DNA of 64,000 nucleotides from an uncultured virus (IMG/VR IMGVR_UViG_2061766007_000557) (Duplodnaviria > Heunggongvirae > Uroviricota > Caudoviricetes), in IMG/VR virus record IMGVR_UViG_2061766007_000557. One strand, given 5' to 3'. How positions within the stretch are numbered: position 1 is the stretch's first letter; the number at the start of each line of letters is the position of its first letter. Below, one piece after another: positions 10,839 through 22,644 of the stretch. A model generated the notes under the pieces. That model did not search any database, was not told the DNA's origin, and saw nothing but the letters and a program-made list of their open reading frames with translations. A program made the translations under genes and the position numbers.

Positions 10839-13660
10839 ATGATTATTGCAAATTTTACGACTCATAAGCCAGAAATGGCTCACAGTCGCACGTATGAGGA
10901 CTTTTCTAAGTTCCTTGGTGAGTAATTTGCCGTCTATATAAGAAATTATATAGTTATGATCGGGTAAAATCGGAAAACATCCGTTAGGAAAATTCCGAGG
11001 TAAACTTACAGATTTCGAACAGGTTGTAAGTCACCGTAGAGCGTAGGTCTTGAATAAATATAATAGACCCAAGAGTGTCCGACACCTTCGCAATAAGAGG
11101 TGAAGATGTACGCCGAACTATATGGCAACATATAGAAGTGCAGATAAAAAGCTGCACGATAACAATATTGGAAAAACCCGCACGTCTCGGTATTGTATCT
11201 CGTATGCAACCATATGACGAAATGACATCTACCTTCCTCACAGAGGCTATGGGTAATGTAGTTCGCAACAGCGAAAAAGCTGCTTCCAAGTATCAAAAAC
11301 TTAATTCGCTCATGTTTGAGTGGGAAATCGAGCAACGCTTTATTAAATACGTATATTTTGCTGCTGATGTAGCTGATGACGGCGCAAATCAAAGTGAAAT
11401 TACAATGTATTTCACAGAGCGTTATTATGAAGTAGAAGATACTTTCATGATTGATTCTACTAAACAAATGTGTTTTGTAGTAGACGGTCCTATTCGTAAG
11501 GATGAGAAATGCTGGGAGTATACAGTTCGTTTGTTAACTGGTAACGCAGATGCTTTGTTAAATAAAGCTGCTTGCTACCGTGGTGCAAAAACTCGTTGGA
11601 TTGGTAATATCAAGCAAGAGTGGCATGATACCGGTTTCGTTAAATATCAAAGCAATGTTGAAAAACAACGCGGTTATATTAACGAGATTCGTGTTGATAT
11701 TGACGCTTCTGCTCGTTATGAAGCAGTAGAGGAAATGTTTATCGAGCTTTCTCGTGGTTCTGATGCAAATGGTTGGGAAACCAAAGTATTTGCTTGGCCT
11801 GATAAGAAGAAAGTTTTGTTAGACAACTTCATGGAGGCTAGAAATAATTCATTGCTGTGGCAGCATGGTACAATGGACGAGAATGGTAAATCGTTAGTAT
11901 TTGATCGTCAAGGTCGTCCTGTAATTGCAGGTGATGGTATTATTCCTCAAATTAATCGTTATGCTTCTAAGTATAACTATAGCAAACTTACAACTAGCTT
12001 GCTGAATGAAATTATCTTGACACTTGCTAAAAAATGTGATAAGATTACTGGTAACACGTTAACAAATACAGGCGTGGGCATTCTGTGAAGAATGTATAAA
12101 TAAAGAATTCAAATTGCTGGAACACCCTTAGAGATTTAACACTACAACGTAATTAGAAATAATAAGCGTGATAGTTTGAAAAGTTAAATATTGGGCAATC
12201 AGCAGCAAAGGCTCCCGAAAGGGGAGAATGTTCAACGACTAAATGTTTTCTATCTATGAATTATATAGTTTATAAAACTACTAACAAAATTAATGGTAAA
12301 ATCTATGTCGGAGTGCATAGAACAAATCCTGATATATTTGACGGATATATAGGATGCGGAGTATCTAAAAAAGATCAAAAGAAAAAAGTTGATATTGGAT
12401 TTCCTGCAGCTGTAAAAAAATACGGATATAATAATTTTATAAGAGAAACATTATTTATTTATCCGGATACAGAAGATGGAATGAAACAAGCTTATGAAAA
12501 AGAAGCCGAAATTGTAACAATTGACTTTGTAAAAAGTAAAGATACTTATAACTTGACAGTTGGCGGTAAATTTACAATTTATGAAAATATTAAGAAAACA
12601 ATTTCTCAATATACTCTTGATGGAAAATTCATAAGAACTTGGAATTCAATATCAGAAGCAGAAGAAACCTTAAATTTAACTTCTATTAAAAACTGTTTAA
12701 TAGGGAATAGTAAATATTGCGGAGATTGGCAATGGAAATATTATAAAGAAGATCTTTTACAAATAGATCCAGTTGTCAAAAAAGAAAAATCAGTATTTCA
12801 GTTCGATTTACAAGGTAATTTAATTAAATGCTGGAAATCTATTACAGAAGCGACTGCAATATTTAAAAATCAAGAATCTGCAAAATCAGCTATACGTAAT
12901 GTTTGTGCAAAAATAACAAGACAAGCATTTGGTTATTATTGGTCTTTTAAAGATAAATTTGAATACATTCCTTATGAACGCGGAACTGCAATTGCAAAAT
13001 ATAATGATTTTGGAGAATTTTTAGAATCTTATACAAGCATAACAGAAGCAGCAAAAGAAAATGGAATAAAATCATCAGCTAATATAATAGCTGCTATAAA
13101 AGGATCTCAAAAAAGATGCGGAGGATTTAGATGGAGATACTTTTATGGAAATACTTCGAATATAAAACCATTAAATTAATAGATAAAGATATAGTCTAAC
13201 CTAGTACGAAATTATTAGATTTTTTGTTGTATTTGTTGTAAATGAAGCTCTTTGGTTTGATCTTCAAAATACAATGAGCGAATTCCTTGCTAATCATCAC
13301 ACTGATGCTGCATACATTTGGTCAAAAACCAACGGTATGGTAAAAGCTGGTGCAACTTATAATGCTTACACCTTCTCAGATAACACTGTTATCTTCAAAG
13401 TAGATAGAGCTCTTTCTATTGAATATCAGAAAGGTTATGGTATTTTGGTTGACTTAACAGCTGATAAAGCTAGCGGTCGTCCTGCTATTGAAATGTTCAC
13501 TTTAGGCAATAAACAACTCGTTGAGAATACTCTCACTGGTGTTGGTATTCAGAATGGTCCAGTTGCATCTCCTGTATCTGGTATCAAATATGTAATGTCT
13601 GGATGGCAAGGTGTAGCAGTTTATAATCCTTATCGTTCTGTAATTTTGTTCCAGAACTGA
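10839..13660 (+). CDS. Major capsid protein, spliced: exons 10839-10919, 11171-12059, 13227-13660 (467 aa)
   Basis: Joined exons total 1404 nt in frame. Junctions read RTYEDFSKFLG|EKPARLGIVSR and TGNT-F-VFVVNEALW. GDGIIPQI and VAVYNPYRS resemble crAss-like MCPs as I recall them. Confidence 0.88.
10920..11170 (+). ncRNA. Group I intron 1 in MCP (251 nt, no ORF)
   Basis: Exon ends in U, intron ends in G. P1 GGU|GAG-uaa-UUUGCC has U.G at the splice site; R-like GUAGAGCGUA 11036-11045; S-like GAAGAUGUACGCC 11102-11114. Confidence 0.85.
12060..13226 (+). ncRNA. Group I intron 2 in MCP (1167 nt) carrying a homing endonuclease
   Basis: P1 CACGU/GCGUG; P AAUUGCUGGAA; Q AAUCAGCAG; R UCAACGACUA; S AAGAUAUAGUCU; P10-like AACAAAUAC pairs with exon 3 GUAUUUGUU; terminal G 13226. 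Confidence 0.92.
12256..13179 (+). CDS. Intron-encoded GIY-YIG homing endonuclease with three NUMOD1-like repeats
   Basis: YIVYKTTNKINGKIYVG...GYIGCG, then three QYxLDGxFIxxWxSIxEA-like...WxY repeats; lies between intron R and S. Confidence 0.9.
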   Translation: MNYIVYKTTNKINGKIYVGVHRTNPDIFDGYIGCGVSKKDQKKKVDIGFPAAVKKYGYNNFIRETLFIYPDTEDGMKQAYEKEAEIVTIDFVKSKDTYNLTVGGKFTIYENIKKTISQYTLDGKFIRTWNSISEAEETLNLTSIKNCLIGNSKYCGDWQWKYYKEDLLQIDPVVKKEKSVFQFDLQGNLIKCWKSITEATAIFKNQESAKSAIRNVCAKITRQAFGYYWSFKDKFEYIPYERGTAIAKYNDFGEFLESYTSITEAAKENGIKSSANIIAAIKGSQKRCGGFRWRYFYGNTSNIKPLN

Positions 13661-13681
13661 TAATGATGATCTAAAGATATT

Positions 13682-13712
13682 GTACTAGCCCGCAATGGGC
13701 TAGTACTATTTT
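13682..13712 (+). terminator. Intrinsic terminator after MCP
   Basis: GTACTAGCCC-gcaat-GGGCTAGTAC followed by TATTTT. Confidence 0.75.
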
Positions 13713-13743
13713 AGATAGTGGTAATAAGAATTAATGTAATAAT

Positions 13744-14592
13744 ATGGAAAACGACAACATTATAGTACTGAAAAGTGCTTATGGAAAAACACAAGGGCAA
13801 ACATATCATATTACGCCTTGTGCTGATCCAGAAACGGGAATGCTCCCACCGCATGTTAGAGAGCGAGATTCGTATGGACAATTAATTTTATCTGAAGAAG
13901 ATAAAGCAAAAGCTTCTTCTACAGATCCGAAAAAGAAAGTTGTATTTTTGGCAGTAGATGTACCGATAATTGTACAACATGGAACGACTTTCGATTTAAA
14001 CAATCCTTTAGATAAAGCAAAATGGGAAGCAATTAAACATTCTTCATTAATTGCTCAAGATCGTATGGAAAAAGATTCTAATGGAAATTATAGAATAGAC
14101 GGAGGTCCTGTAGGAGTAGAAGCAACTGGTTGGGTAAGAGGTCTTTACGGAGATGCTGATTTATATGTAGAACACCCAGGACTTGTTGCTAAAAATAAAA
14201 ATGACTTCAGAAAACTTGTCAATAAAGCACAAAGCTTCATTCTTAATGACAGTCTTGATCAACTTATCGTAAAATGCAAACTTCTAGAAAAAGACATGTC
14301 TCGTGCTAATTCTCACGATATCGAAGATTGGTTGCTTACACAAGCAGAAAAATATCCTAATAAAATTATTGAATTATACACAGGAAATTCAACTGCTGCT
14401 CGTTTGTTGCTTGTAGAAGCTATTGACAAAGGTGTAATTGTAAAAAAAGACGGATTTTACTATTTTGGAGATGATCTTGTTATTGGTAGAGGTCAAGATA
14501 AAGCGGTAGAATACTTAATGGACCCTGAACACACGGTTGTTACAGAGCAAATTAAAAAGGAAACTTTCCCTAAGTTAGAAAAGAAAAAATAA
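13744..14592 (+). CDS. Conserved crAss-like structural-module protein (282 aa)
   Basis: Intact ORF directly after MCP; HGTTFDLNNPLDKAKWEAIK. Confidence 0.75.
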   Translation: MENDNIIVLKSAYGKTQGQTYHITPCADPETGMLPPHVRERDSYGQLILSEEDKAKASSTDPKKKVVFLAVDVPIIVQHGTTFDLNNPLDKAKWEAIKHSSLIAQDRMEKDSNGNYRIDGGPVGVEATGWVRGLYGDADLYVEHPGLVAKNKNDFRKLVNKAQSFILNDSLDQLIVKCKLLEKDMSRANSHDIEDWLLTQAEKYPNKIIELYTGNSTAARLLLVEAIDKGVIVKKDGFYYFGDDLVIGRGQDKAVEYLMDPEHTVVTEQIKKETFPKLEKKK

Positions 14593-14600
14593 TATAAGAG

Positions 14601-15398
14601 ATGACAGTAAGAGATGCTTATGAGGCAGTTCTAATAGAACTAAATAAAGTGCAAGCCCCTTCTATTCTTGTAGATGACTTTGTTTATTATTTTAACAAAG
14701 CAATACAAGAATATTTTAATAAAAGATACAATGTCTTCGAAACAGATCAACAAGCTACAGATGATTTGAGTAGATTGAACCGTCTTGAAACATTAAAAGT
14801 TGAAGACGGAAAAGTTAAACGTAAAGAAGATATTGTATATAAAACAGTTTGGGAGTGTGAACTTCCTTCTGATTATGTGCATATTTTAAATTGTACATGC
14901 GTATTTGAAAAACCTAAAGGGAAATGCGATGAATACTAGACTGTTGTACAAGGGGCAAATAAATTAGATACTAGTCAGGCATCTTAGGTTTTATCTAATT
15001 ATTATATGAAACCTTCTACATCTCGGCCATATTATTATATTATATATAAAGAAGAGCCAAAATTAAATTATCTTACACCAGATTCTGAAAAAGAAACTGG
15101 TATAAGATACGGCAATTCGACATAGCCGATAATGTAGATATTATGTGGAAATGAGCCTGATGTATTAAAAGCAGTTCAAATTGCTTATTTAACAGCTCCT
15201 AAATACATAACAATAGATCAATCATAGTTAGATTCAGTTGAAGATAATACGCAGATACTGGAATTTCAAGATTATGTTGTTAATGAGATAATTAAAGAAG
15301 TTGTAAAGATGATAATGGAAAATGCTAAGGACGAGCGTCTTCAGACTTTTCTTCCTATAAATCAATCAATTCCACAAAACAATAGATCTGTTAAATAA
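14601..15398 (+). CDS. Putative head-tail ring protein (265 aa, TAG=Gln)
   Basis: Read-through to TAA 15396-15398; LIELNKVQAPS, ELPSDYVHILNC, YYMKPS..RPYYY; synteny. Confidence 0.7.
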
Positions 15399-15434
15399 TA
15401 GATAACAGTTTATTTTTAAAAATAGTAATTTAAT

Positions 15435-16556
15435 ATGTTTCAATTTACTAGAGAATTTATAATTAACAATAACGAAGGTAAACTTAATGGAGCAAAATTC
15501 GTTGGTGCAGATGGTATGTTAAAGGTTGATCATATGATCAACATTAAAGCTGATGATGTATGTTCTGCATATAAATCTGCAGGTGAAGATGCAGTTGAAG
15601 AAGTACTCAAATTAGATTTTACAAAAATTAGTAATACTAGTGGAAATAAAGAATTAACTGTTGGTAAATTATATCGTCTTGTATTTGTTTGCGAACAAGA
15701 AGGACGTGTAATTTCTACTTACAATGATCAATATCCAGATCATTCTCGTTCTTTCTTCTACGAGGCTGTTGCTAAAACCACCGATCCGAGAGATTTGGCA
15801 GAAGATTTAGCAGCTGCAATTGATAGTGAAATTAAAAGATTTGAAAGTCCGTTCTTTGCAATAGAAGAAGAAAAAAGTAGCGATAAAACTCAGGCAATTG
15901 TTTTAAAAGCTCTTGAAGGAGATTGCTATACTCGCTTTGTTGAAGTACGTTTAGTAGAGGTTCCTCTCGATCGTCCTTCTGTTGTAGGTGCTGCATTAAC
16001 AGGATATCTTGATTATAAAGTTATTCGCGAAGCAGACCGTAAGAAAATTCTTGCAGGTGTATCAGGAACAGATTTTGCATTTATACCTACTGTTAGTATT
16101 AGTGGAAATAATGTAAAACTTGAAGGTAACACCGGAAAGAACACGACAAATTATATTATTCATAATATGCGCTTGCAGACTGCAGCTAATTTGAATCCTT
16201 ACGGTGTAAATATGGACGAGCGTCCTCTTCCGAAGAGTGTTTATGATCAATATACTTTTGAACTTGTAACTGAAAGACGTCATATTGGCCATCAAGTTAT
16301 GGGTGCTGTTGATAAATCACTTGTAACTGTAATCTTCTTTGTATTACATTCAATAGCAGGCGAATTTGAAGATGAGTTAGAGAATGCTGGTATTGTTGTA
16401 AAAGCTGTTGCTCAACCGCAACCGGTTAAACAACTTGTTGCTATGACAAAAGATGTTGAAGCAGTTCTTCCTTCTACTGAAGGTGCTTCTGCTGGTCAAG
16501 TTTTGAAACTTGATGCAAACAAAGATCCTAAATGGGCTGCTGATGCAACTGCGTAA
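15435..16556 (+). CDS. Putative auxiliary capsid/abundant structural protein (373 aa)
   Basis: TAG-free ORF with MCP-like codon choice, followed by a terminator; synteny. Confidence 0.65.
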   Translation: MFQFTREFIINNNEGKLNGAKFVGADGMLKVDHMINIKADDVCSAYKSAGEDAVEEVLKLDFTKISNTSGNKELTVGKLYRLVFVCEQEGRVISTYNDQYPDHSRSFFYEAVAKTTDPRDLAEDLAAAIDSEIKRFESPFFAIEEEKSSDKTQAIVLKALEGDCYTRFVEVRLVEVPLDRPSVVGAALTGYLDYKVIREADRKKILAGVSGTDFAFIPTVSISGNNVKLEGNTGKNTTNYIIHNMRLQTAANLNPYGVNMDERPLPKSVYDQYTFELVTERRHIGHQVMGAVDKSLVTVIFFVLHSIAGEFEDELENAGIVVKAVAQPQPVKQLVAMTKDVEAVLPSTEGASAGQVLKLDANKDPKWAADATA

Positions 16557-16587
16557 TTTTAATTAATAGTTAACCTTTTAACTTAAG

Positions 16588-16620
16588 AGGCAGGCGGGCA
16601 ACTGCCTGCCTTATTTTTTT
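16588..16620 (+). terminator. Intrinsic terminator
   Basis: AGGCAGGCGG-gcaa-CTGCCTGCCT followed by a T tract. Confidence 0.85.
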
Positions 16621-16625
16621 ATAAT

Positions 16626-17297
16626 ATGATAGTAAGTAAACTGGCTTCCGCTTGTTTTAATGATATTGTGTCTGGACTTAGCGGATTCGAATCGACTATA
16701 AATATGAGTTTAGAGCAACTTGAAGATGAAGTTGTTGAAGAAAGATTATCTGTGATTAAAGACTATAGTCTAAGAAATAGAATTCCAATCAAAGATTTAT
16801 TATATTCTTTAAATTGCATTTCTGTAGATTGTCAAAGTTTGGATAAATGTAATTGCAACGGAGAAGATTATAGTAAGCCAGTTGCACATTTTGAAATTCC
16901 ACAAATTATAAATGATTTTGGAAGCGATGCTATTGAATTTATTGGATCTACAGATAAATCTATAAAATTTAAAGTATATACAAATCCAAATTTCAAATAT
17001 CATAAATATAAAAAACGTGGTGCAAATAAACCTTATGTTTATATAGATACTACACCTAATAAACATAACATGTACGACGGATATATATTTAATGCTCCTC
17101 TTTTAGAGCGATTAACTGTAATAGCAATCTTTAAAGATCCTAGACAAGTTGAACAATTAACTTGTTGTGATTTTAAAGAACAAGATAATATGTCATTTCT
17201 TGCTAGTGAAGTAAAGAAAAGACTTATTGAAAAGAAATTACGTTATTATAGACAATTTTATCAACAACCTATTCAAAATGATCAAACTCCTAAATAA
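16626..17297 (+). CDS. Putative tail ring/tubular protein (223 aa)
   Basis: Intact ORF; SLEQLEDEVVEER, AIFKDPR; synteny. Confidence 0.7.
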   Translation: MIVSKLASACFNDIVSGLSGFESTINMSLEQLEDEVVEERLSVIKDYSLRNRIPIKDLLYSLNCISVDCQSLDKCNCNGEDYSKPVAHFEIPQIINDFGSDAIEFIGSTDKSIKFKVYTNPNFKYHKYKKRGANKPYVYIDTTPNKHNMYDGYIFNAPLLERLTVIAIFKDPRQVEQLTCCDFKEQDNMSFLASEVKKRLIEKKLRYYRQFYQQPIQNDQTPK

Positions 17298-17299
17298 TT

Positions 17300-17998
17300 A
17301 TGAATAAATTTTACTCAGCTATTCCTTTATTGCAAGAATTGTATGGAATTGAATTAGACGAAGATCTTTTTGAAACATATGCTCTAACTGCTTGGAATAA
17401 AATAGGAAATAAACAAACACGAATATATAGAACCAAATTACATCCAATATGTGATTCTAATGGAGGATCATATATTGAAAAACCGTGTAATTTAGATGAG
17501 ATAGAAGCGATAACTCTTAATTATGAAGATGCTAGAGAAATTGATTCTATTAGAAATTATGCAGGAAGTACAAATCATCCAATCGAAGAATTTATTGAAT
17601 CTAGAAAAATTGCTTCAGACTCTTTATATCTTCCTGGAAGATATGTTCATTATTATGAGCAAGGAGATAGAATTTATTTTACAGAAGTTTATCCAGAAGT
17701 AAATGTATTATATAAAGGAATTTATATGGATGAAGACGGACTTCCTTTATTAAATGACAAAGAAGTATTTGCTATTGCTACGTATTGTGCTTATATTCAT
17801 TTCTTCAAAAAAGGATTAATGACTAAAGATCAAGCTACAGTGCAATTAGCTCAGATTCTCAAAAAGGAATGGTTACGCGCTTGTGATCAAGCAAGAATAG
17901 CAGAACACATAAGTCAAAATCAGATAAATGATATTTTAGATGTTATGACCAGTTGGGATAGAAAGGTTTATAACATGTCATATAAAGCAATAAAATGA
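17300..17998 (+). CDS. Putative tail ring/tubular protein (232 aa)
   Basis: Intact ORF; AWNKIGNK, DEDGLPLLNDKE; synteny. Confidence 0.7.
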   Translation: MNKFYSAIPLLQELYGIELDEDLFETYALTAWNKIGNKQTRIYRTKLHPICDSNGGSYIEKPCNLDEIEAITLNYEDAREIDSIRNYAGSTNHPIEEFIESRKIASDSLYLPGRYVHYYEQGDRIYFTEVYPEVNVLYKGIYMDEDGLPLLNDKEVFAIATYCAYIHFFKKGLMTKDQATVQLAQILKKEWLRACDQARIAEHISQNQINDILDVMTSWDRKVYNMSYKAIK

Positions 17999-18426
17999 TA
18001 AATTTTGCAACTTCTTATGCTTTACATCCAAGTCATTTATTTACAAGATTTCCATTTCATAAATATATAAAAGTACGAATTATGGGATGGAATAAAGTAA
18101 GATATCTTATAGAATTTGGGAAAATGTTTAAATATTTATTCTATTTAATTGTTAAAGATATTATTGAAAATAACATAACTTTTAAATTTCCTCCTGGTGT
18201 ATCTGCATATTTAGAAATGACTCCTATTCATGGAGAAGATTTTGAGCGAGCAAGATAGAACGGAGCATTTGATGATGTAGATTATTTAATATCTAATTTT
18301 ACAGGATATCAACTTTATTTACGATATAATACAAGATATGGTCATTGGAGAAAACAATTATATGTCTCTAAACCTTGGAAAGATAGAATAACAAAATATA
18401 CCAATGAAGGTAAACATTACGGATAA
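17995..18426 (+). CDS. Basic 143-aa protein, possibly IHF/HU-like
   Basis: Read-through to TAA 18424-18426; DIIENNITFKFP. The IHF-like call rests on recalled crAss synteny only. Confidence 0.55.
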
Positions 18427-19022
18427 TGCAGAAAGACGTTCGTGATTATATTCCACAAATATAGCAAAAATTTCCAATGTTCACATGGACAGAAATTTAT
18501 AATATATTAAGTTATGGATTAAAAATATATGCGTGGGTAAATAAAATGAGATGTGATGTTTTAATGTGTAATCGAAATGAAGAAGTAATGACTATGTTTC
18601 AAGGTAGATTAGGATATGACACATTAAAGCATTACAAACAATGGATGATGAAATGGAGAATGAAAGAAAGAATTCTCTATACTTTAAAAAAGAAAAAATG
18701 GGATGGCTATTATTATATAGGATTATATGATTGGTAGCACAATGAAATCATAAAACAAAGAAAAAAGAAAACGTTTAAGAACGTATATTTAACAAAGATA
18801 AAGAATGAGCTTCATCATGCTAAATATGTAAAATACATATGGAGAGTCCCTTGGCCAGCTGATTGTGGTTGGAAATTTTTTGTAGATAACTTTAGTAGTG
18901 ATAAAGCCGAATTTGTAGAAGAAAACAATTATGAAAAATACCATCAATGCTTTTTAGGACGGAATAATAACGGATCAGAATCCGTTGACGATGCCGGAAA
19001 CAGCACTGACCAGTGCTCTTAA
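18426..19022 (+). CDS. Basic 198-aa hypothetical protein
   Basis: ATG 18426 overlaps the upstream TAA; two TAGs; TAA 19020-19022. Confidence 0.65.
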
Positions 19023-22000
19023 TGCTGCAATAATTACTGGTAATGGAAACGAAGGATTGCTATAGAATGATATGGGTAATACTCTTATTAAAGACAGTAT
19101 TACTGGAGGAATCATGTCCTTAAACGATGGGTTTGTTCCTGTTGGTATGAAAGAGCATGGTGGAATTCTTTATATTGCGTCTTATAACCCAGAAACAAAA
19201 GAAGGAGAATTAGGAAGTATTCCTAGTCCTATAATTCATTATTCTGATATTGAAAAAGAAATAAATAGTAAAGACATTGTATTAATTGAAAAAGAAATTC
19301 CAGGAGTAATCAAATTTGATTTTTTATCGGATTGTTTAAATAAAAATTTAATTTATTTAGGAGATACAATTTTTAGATGCGGAGATAAATTTATGATATC
19401 TCTTAATCTAAATTTAGATAAAATCAAAGATATCGTATCTTCTATAGATTAGAAAAATTTTTTTAAAATAAATTTATTTGCTATAACAGACTCTGGAAAA
19501 GAAATTTTATTAGATTCTGTTATAAATAAGAAACAATAGTATTTCGATTTAAATAACACTCTTCAAACATCTGATTATTGGTTTATATAGGAAAGTTCAT
19601 CTATTGATTTAGAAAAAACAAAAGTTAATAATCTTTTAAGAACTTATCCTAATATAAAACCGGGAAGATTAGCAATCAGAATAGAGCAAGAATATCCTTC
19701 AGAAATAGAATATTTATACAATGAAAGTTATGGTGCTAATTTTCCAAATATTTATACTGTATCAGAAATCGAAACCGATGCTACAATTCATACTACATGG
19801 GTAATATTTAATGGATTTCAGTATAAATCTGATTGTTCAATCACTATTGCCGGCTTTGAGATATCAGTAAATAATGGAGAATTTCCATTATATAAGTTAA
19901 GAAGCGATGGAACTAAAATAATAGCTGACAAATTTGAAAATCAGTAGTATAGATTTGGCAAGAAAAATGCCTCTGGAAATGGTGATTTTTATATAACAAA
20001 TGATGAAAATACTTATTATATATCCGCTAACGGAGAAAAAAGTGTTAGAAATGATAAAGATCACATATATGGATTATTTGCAATAAAAATTCAAAATCAA
20101 AATACAAATATTGATGTAGCTATTACCCCATACGTTAGTTATGAAGGCCGTTTATTAAAATATAGAGATAATCCTGAATAGCTTCCTAGATTTAATCCAG
20201 CTTTGGCTTTATTAGGAAATGAAGGATATTCTTTAGACATTAGTAAAAGTGATTTATGGTATCAATTTGCTTATAATCAAGAACATCCTGAAGAATTAGA
20301 TCAAGATAAAACTTTTGATATAGAATTATTTAAAGATTCTGAATATAAATGTTTTTTAAAAACTGGAGATAACGATATATTAAAATTCGACGAAAGCAAG
20401 CATAAATATATAAAAAATACATCAATTTCAGCATAGGATTGTTTATCTGCAAAAACTTATATTTATCCTGGATATGTAATTGGTACCAATAATTCTACCG
20501 ATCGACAAATAGACTATAGACCCAATTTTATATGGATGTATGAAGAATCAAAACATTGGGATGAAACACATGAAGCAAAAAGATATTGTCCGGAAGATAA
20601 ATATTTTATAAAAAGTTCAATTTTACCTACAGTTAAAGGTTATACTGTAGATAATAATGGAAACACAATTGATCAAGTTAAAACACGTAATTTATTATTA
20701 CCAATTGATAGATCAAATTTAAGTCATACAGATTTGACTGCCGCGTTCAATAGTCAAAAAGAAGATTTTCTTAAATAGAAAAATAAATTAGGGCTTACTC
20801 CAGATGGAATGAAGAAATATTGTTTATTTGGTGTAAATTTAAATATTATAAATAATTCAGTAAACGATGCCTTATTTAATGGATATAGAGCTTTCGTTTA
20901 TGGAGAAGATAATTCTTCTCAAAACGCTTTAAAGGCATCAGATGGAGTCGAAACTTTTTGGAGATATTAGGATAAAACAGACAAATCATTAGCCGTGTAC
21001 GGAAGTGAAAATGAAAGTTATGAGAAATTTAAAATATTATTGGAGGATGGGTAGAAGCAACAAGCATTAAAAAATACGGATGTTCCTAATATATTTATAA
21101 AAGGAAATAATGATAAGATAGCTACAGATACTTCATATGGAAGATTTTATGAAAATGATGAAATAGTAAGAGTTCACCCATATATCACTAATGATCTTGA
21201 TGCAGGTACATATGGATTAAATCATGGATTTTTAAATACTATTACAAGATAGTGCCCTGGATTTTTTAGTGCAAAGAATCCGATATCTTTTGATTTAAAC
21301 TTTATTGATTATAAATATTCTAGTTAGTATTTATATAAAGATCCTATTGATTTTAAAATAGTAAATAACGGAAATAAGTATATAAAATATCTAAATGCAT
21401 TTTATCATTGTAGATATTCTATGAATACATTATATTTTGATTTATTAAAACGAGCTGATAATTTTAATATAATTTTAAAATATAAATTAAATACTCAAGA
21501 TGTTGATACTTAGGAAATTTATGACAATCACGGAGAAGACTGCGGAACTTTTAAAGATATTCAGTTTGATTTATTAGAAAAGGATATATACTGTAAACTT
21601 CCTATTGAATCTAATTATTTATAGTTAAATTTTCAAGCAATTTGTAAAAACACATCAGAAGAAAACACAGTGACATCTTAGGATGATAATTCAACCTATT
21701 TTAACATTAGCGATGAGAGAATTTTAGTAATGTCTCCTTCTTTCTTTGTAGAACCATTAAACCTTACTAGAAAATATGTATCTGATTATAAAATTATCAA
21801 CTAGGTTGGATATAAGCAGACTGGAGATAGTAAAATAGGATATAATACACAAGGAGGATTAGCTTTAAGTAATATTGTTGTTACGAAAAACTATCTTTAT
21901 AATAATGATTTTGTAGGAACCGAAGAATTTTTAACTTCTGAAATTGTTACTTCTAAACTTGTTTCACATATAAAATCTCCAGATGAGTTTTCTACTAATA

Positions 22001-22644
22001 AACAAGAAAATTCTTTCTGCAACATAAAAGGATTCTTAGAATTGACTAATACAGGATATACTACAATAGTTGATAAAAATATTTCTTTAGAAAAAGGATG
22101 GTATATATTAAATGTTAATAGTTATAGTTCAAAAAATAAAGTAAAATTTAAAGTAACTATTGATTCTAAAGAATTCGAGTTTACTAATTATGTAGCTTTT
22201 TATGTATCTTCTTCTGGGTAGAAAGGTATTAAATTAGAATACAAATTAACTCAAAATGAAGGAGTTAATTATATAAAAAATATAGGAGTGTATAAAATAG
22301 ATCCTGAAAAAGTTGAAGATTTCGATAAATGGCCAGAAGATAAATTATATTTACCAGATAAGTTATATAATGCTATCATTTTACCTTCTGTGTTCTGTTA
22401 TAAAGAATGCTTAAACAACGGAGAAGAGTTGGGATGCATGGATAAAAAATTCAGCGGTTTTGTCCACCTTCCGAATAGATCTTATGAAAGATGCGTCGGA
22501 TTATATTGTTTAGGTACTAATCAAAACAACGAATATAAAAATGCTTCAATAATAAAAGAAAGTTTAGATTCGAGAATTAAGGAGATTGATGGAGCAATAT
22601 AGATCCAAAATATGGAAATTAAATTGAAAAGAGAAGATGCCTAA
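18931..22644 (+). CDS. Large tail protein, muzzle/stabilisation-like N-terminus (~1237 aa, many TAG)
   Basis: MKNTINAFQDG...NGNEGLLQNDMGN...GELGSIPSP; track fragments 19072, 20203, 20536 and 22288 share one frame. Confidence 0.75.

Noticed and set aside
10984..11467. Minus-strand ORFs and the + strand 11075 start
   Set aside because: They overlap intron 1 and MCP exon 2; the spliced model fits better.
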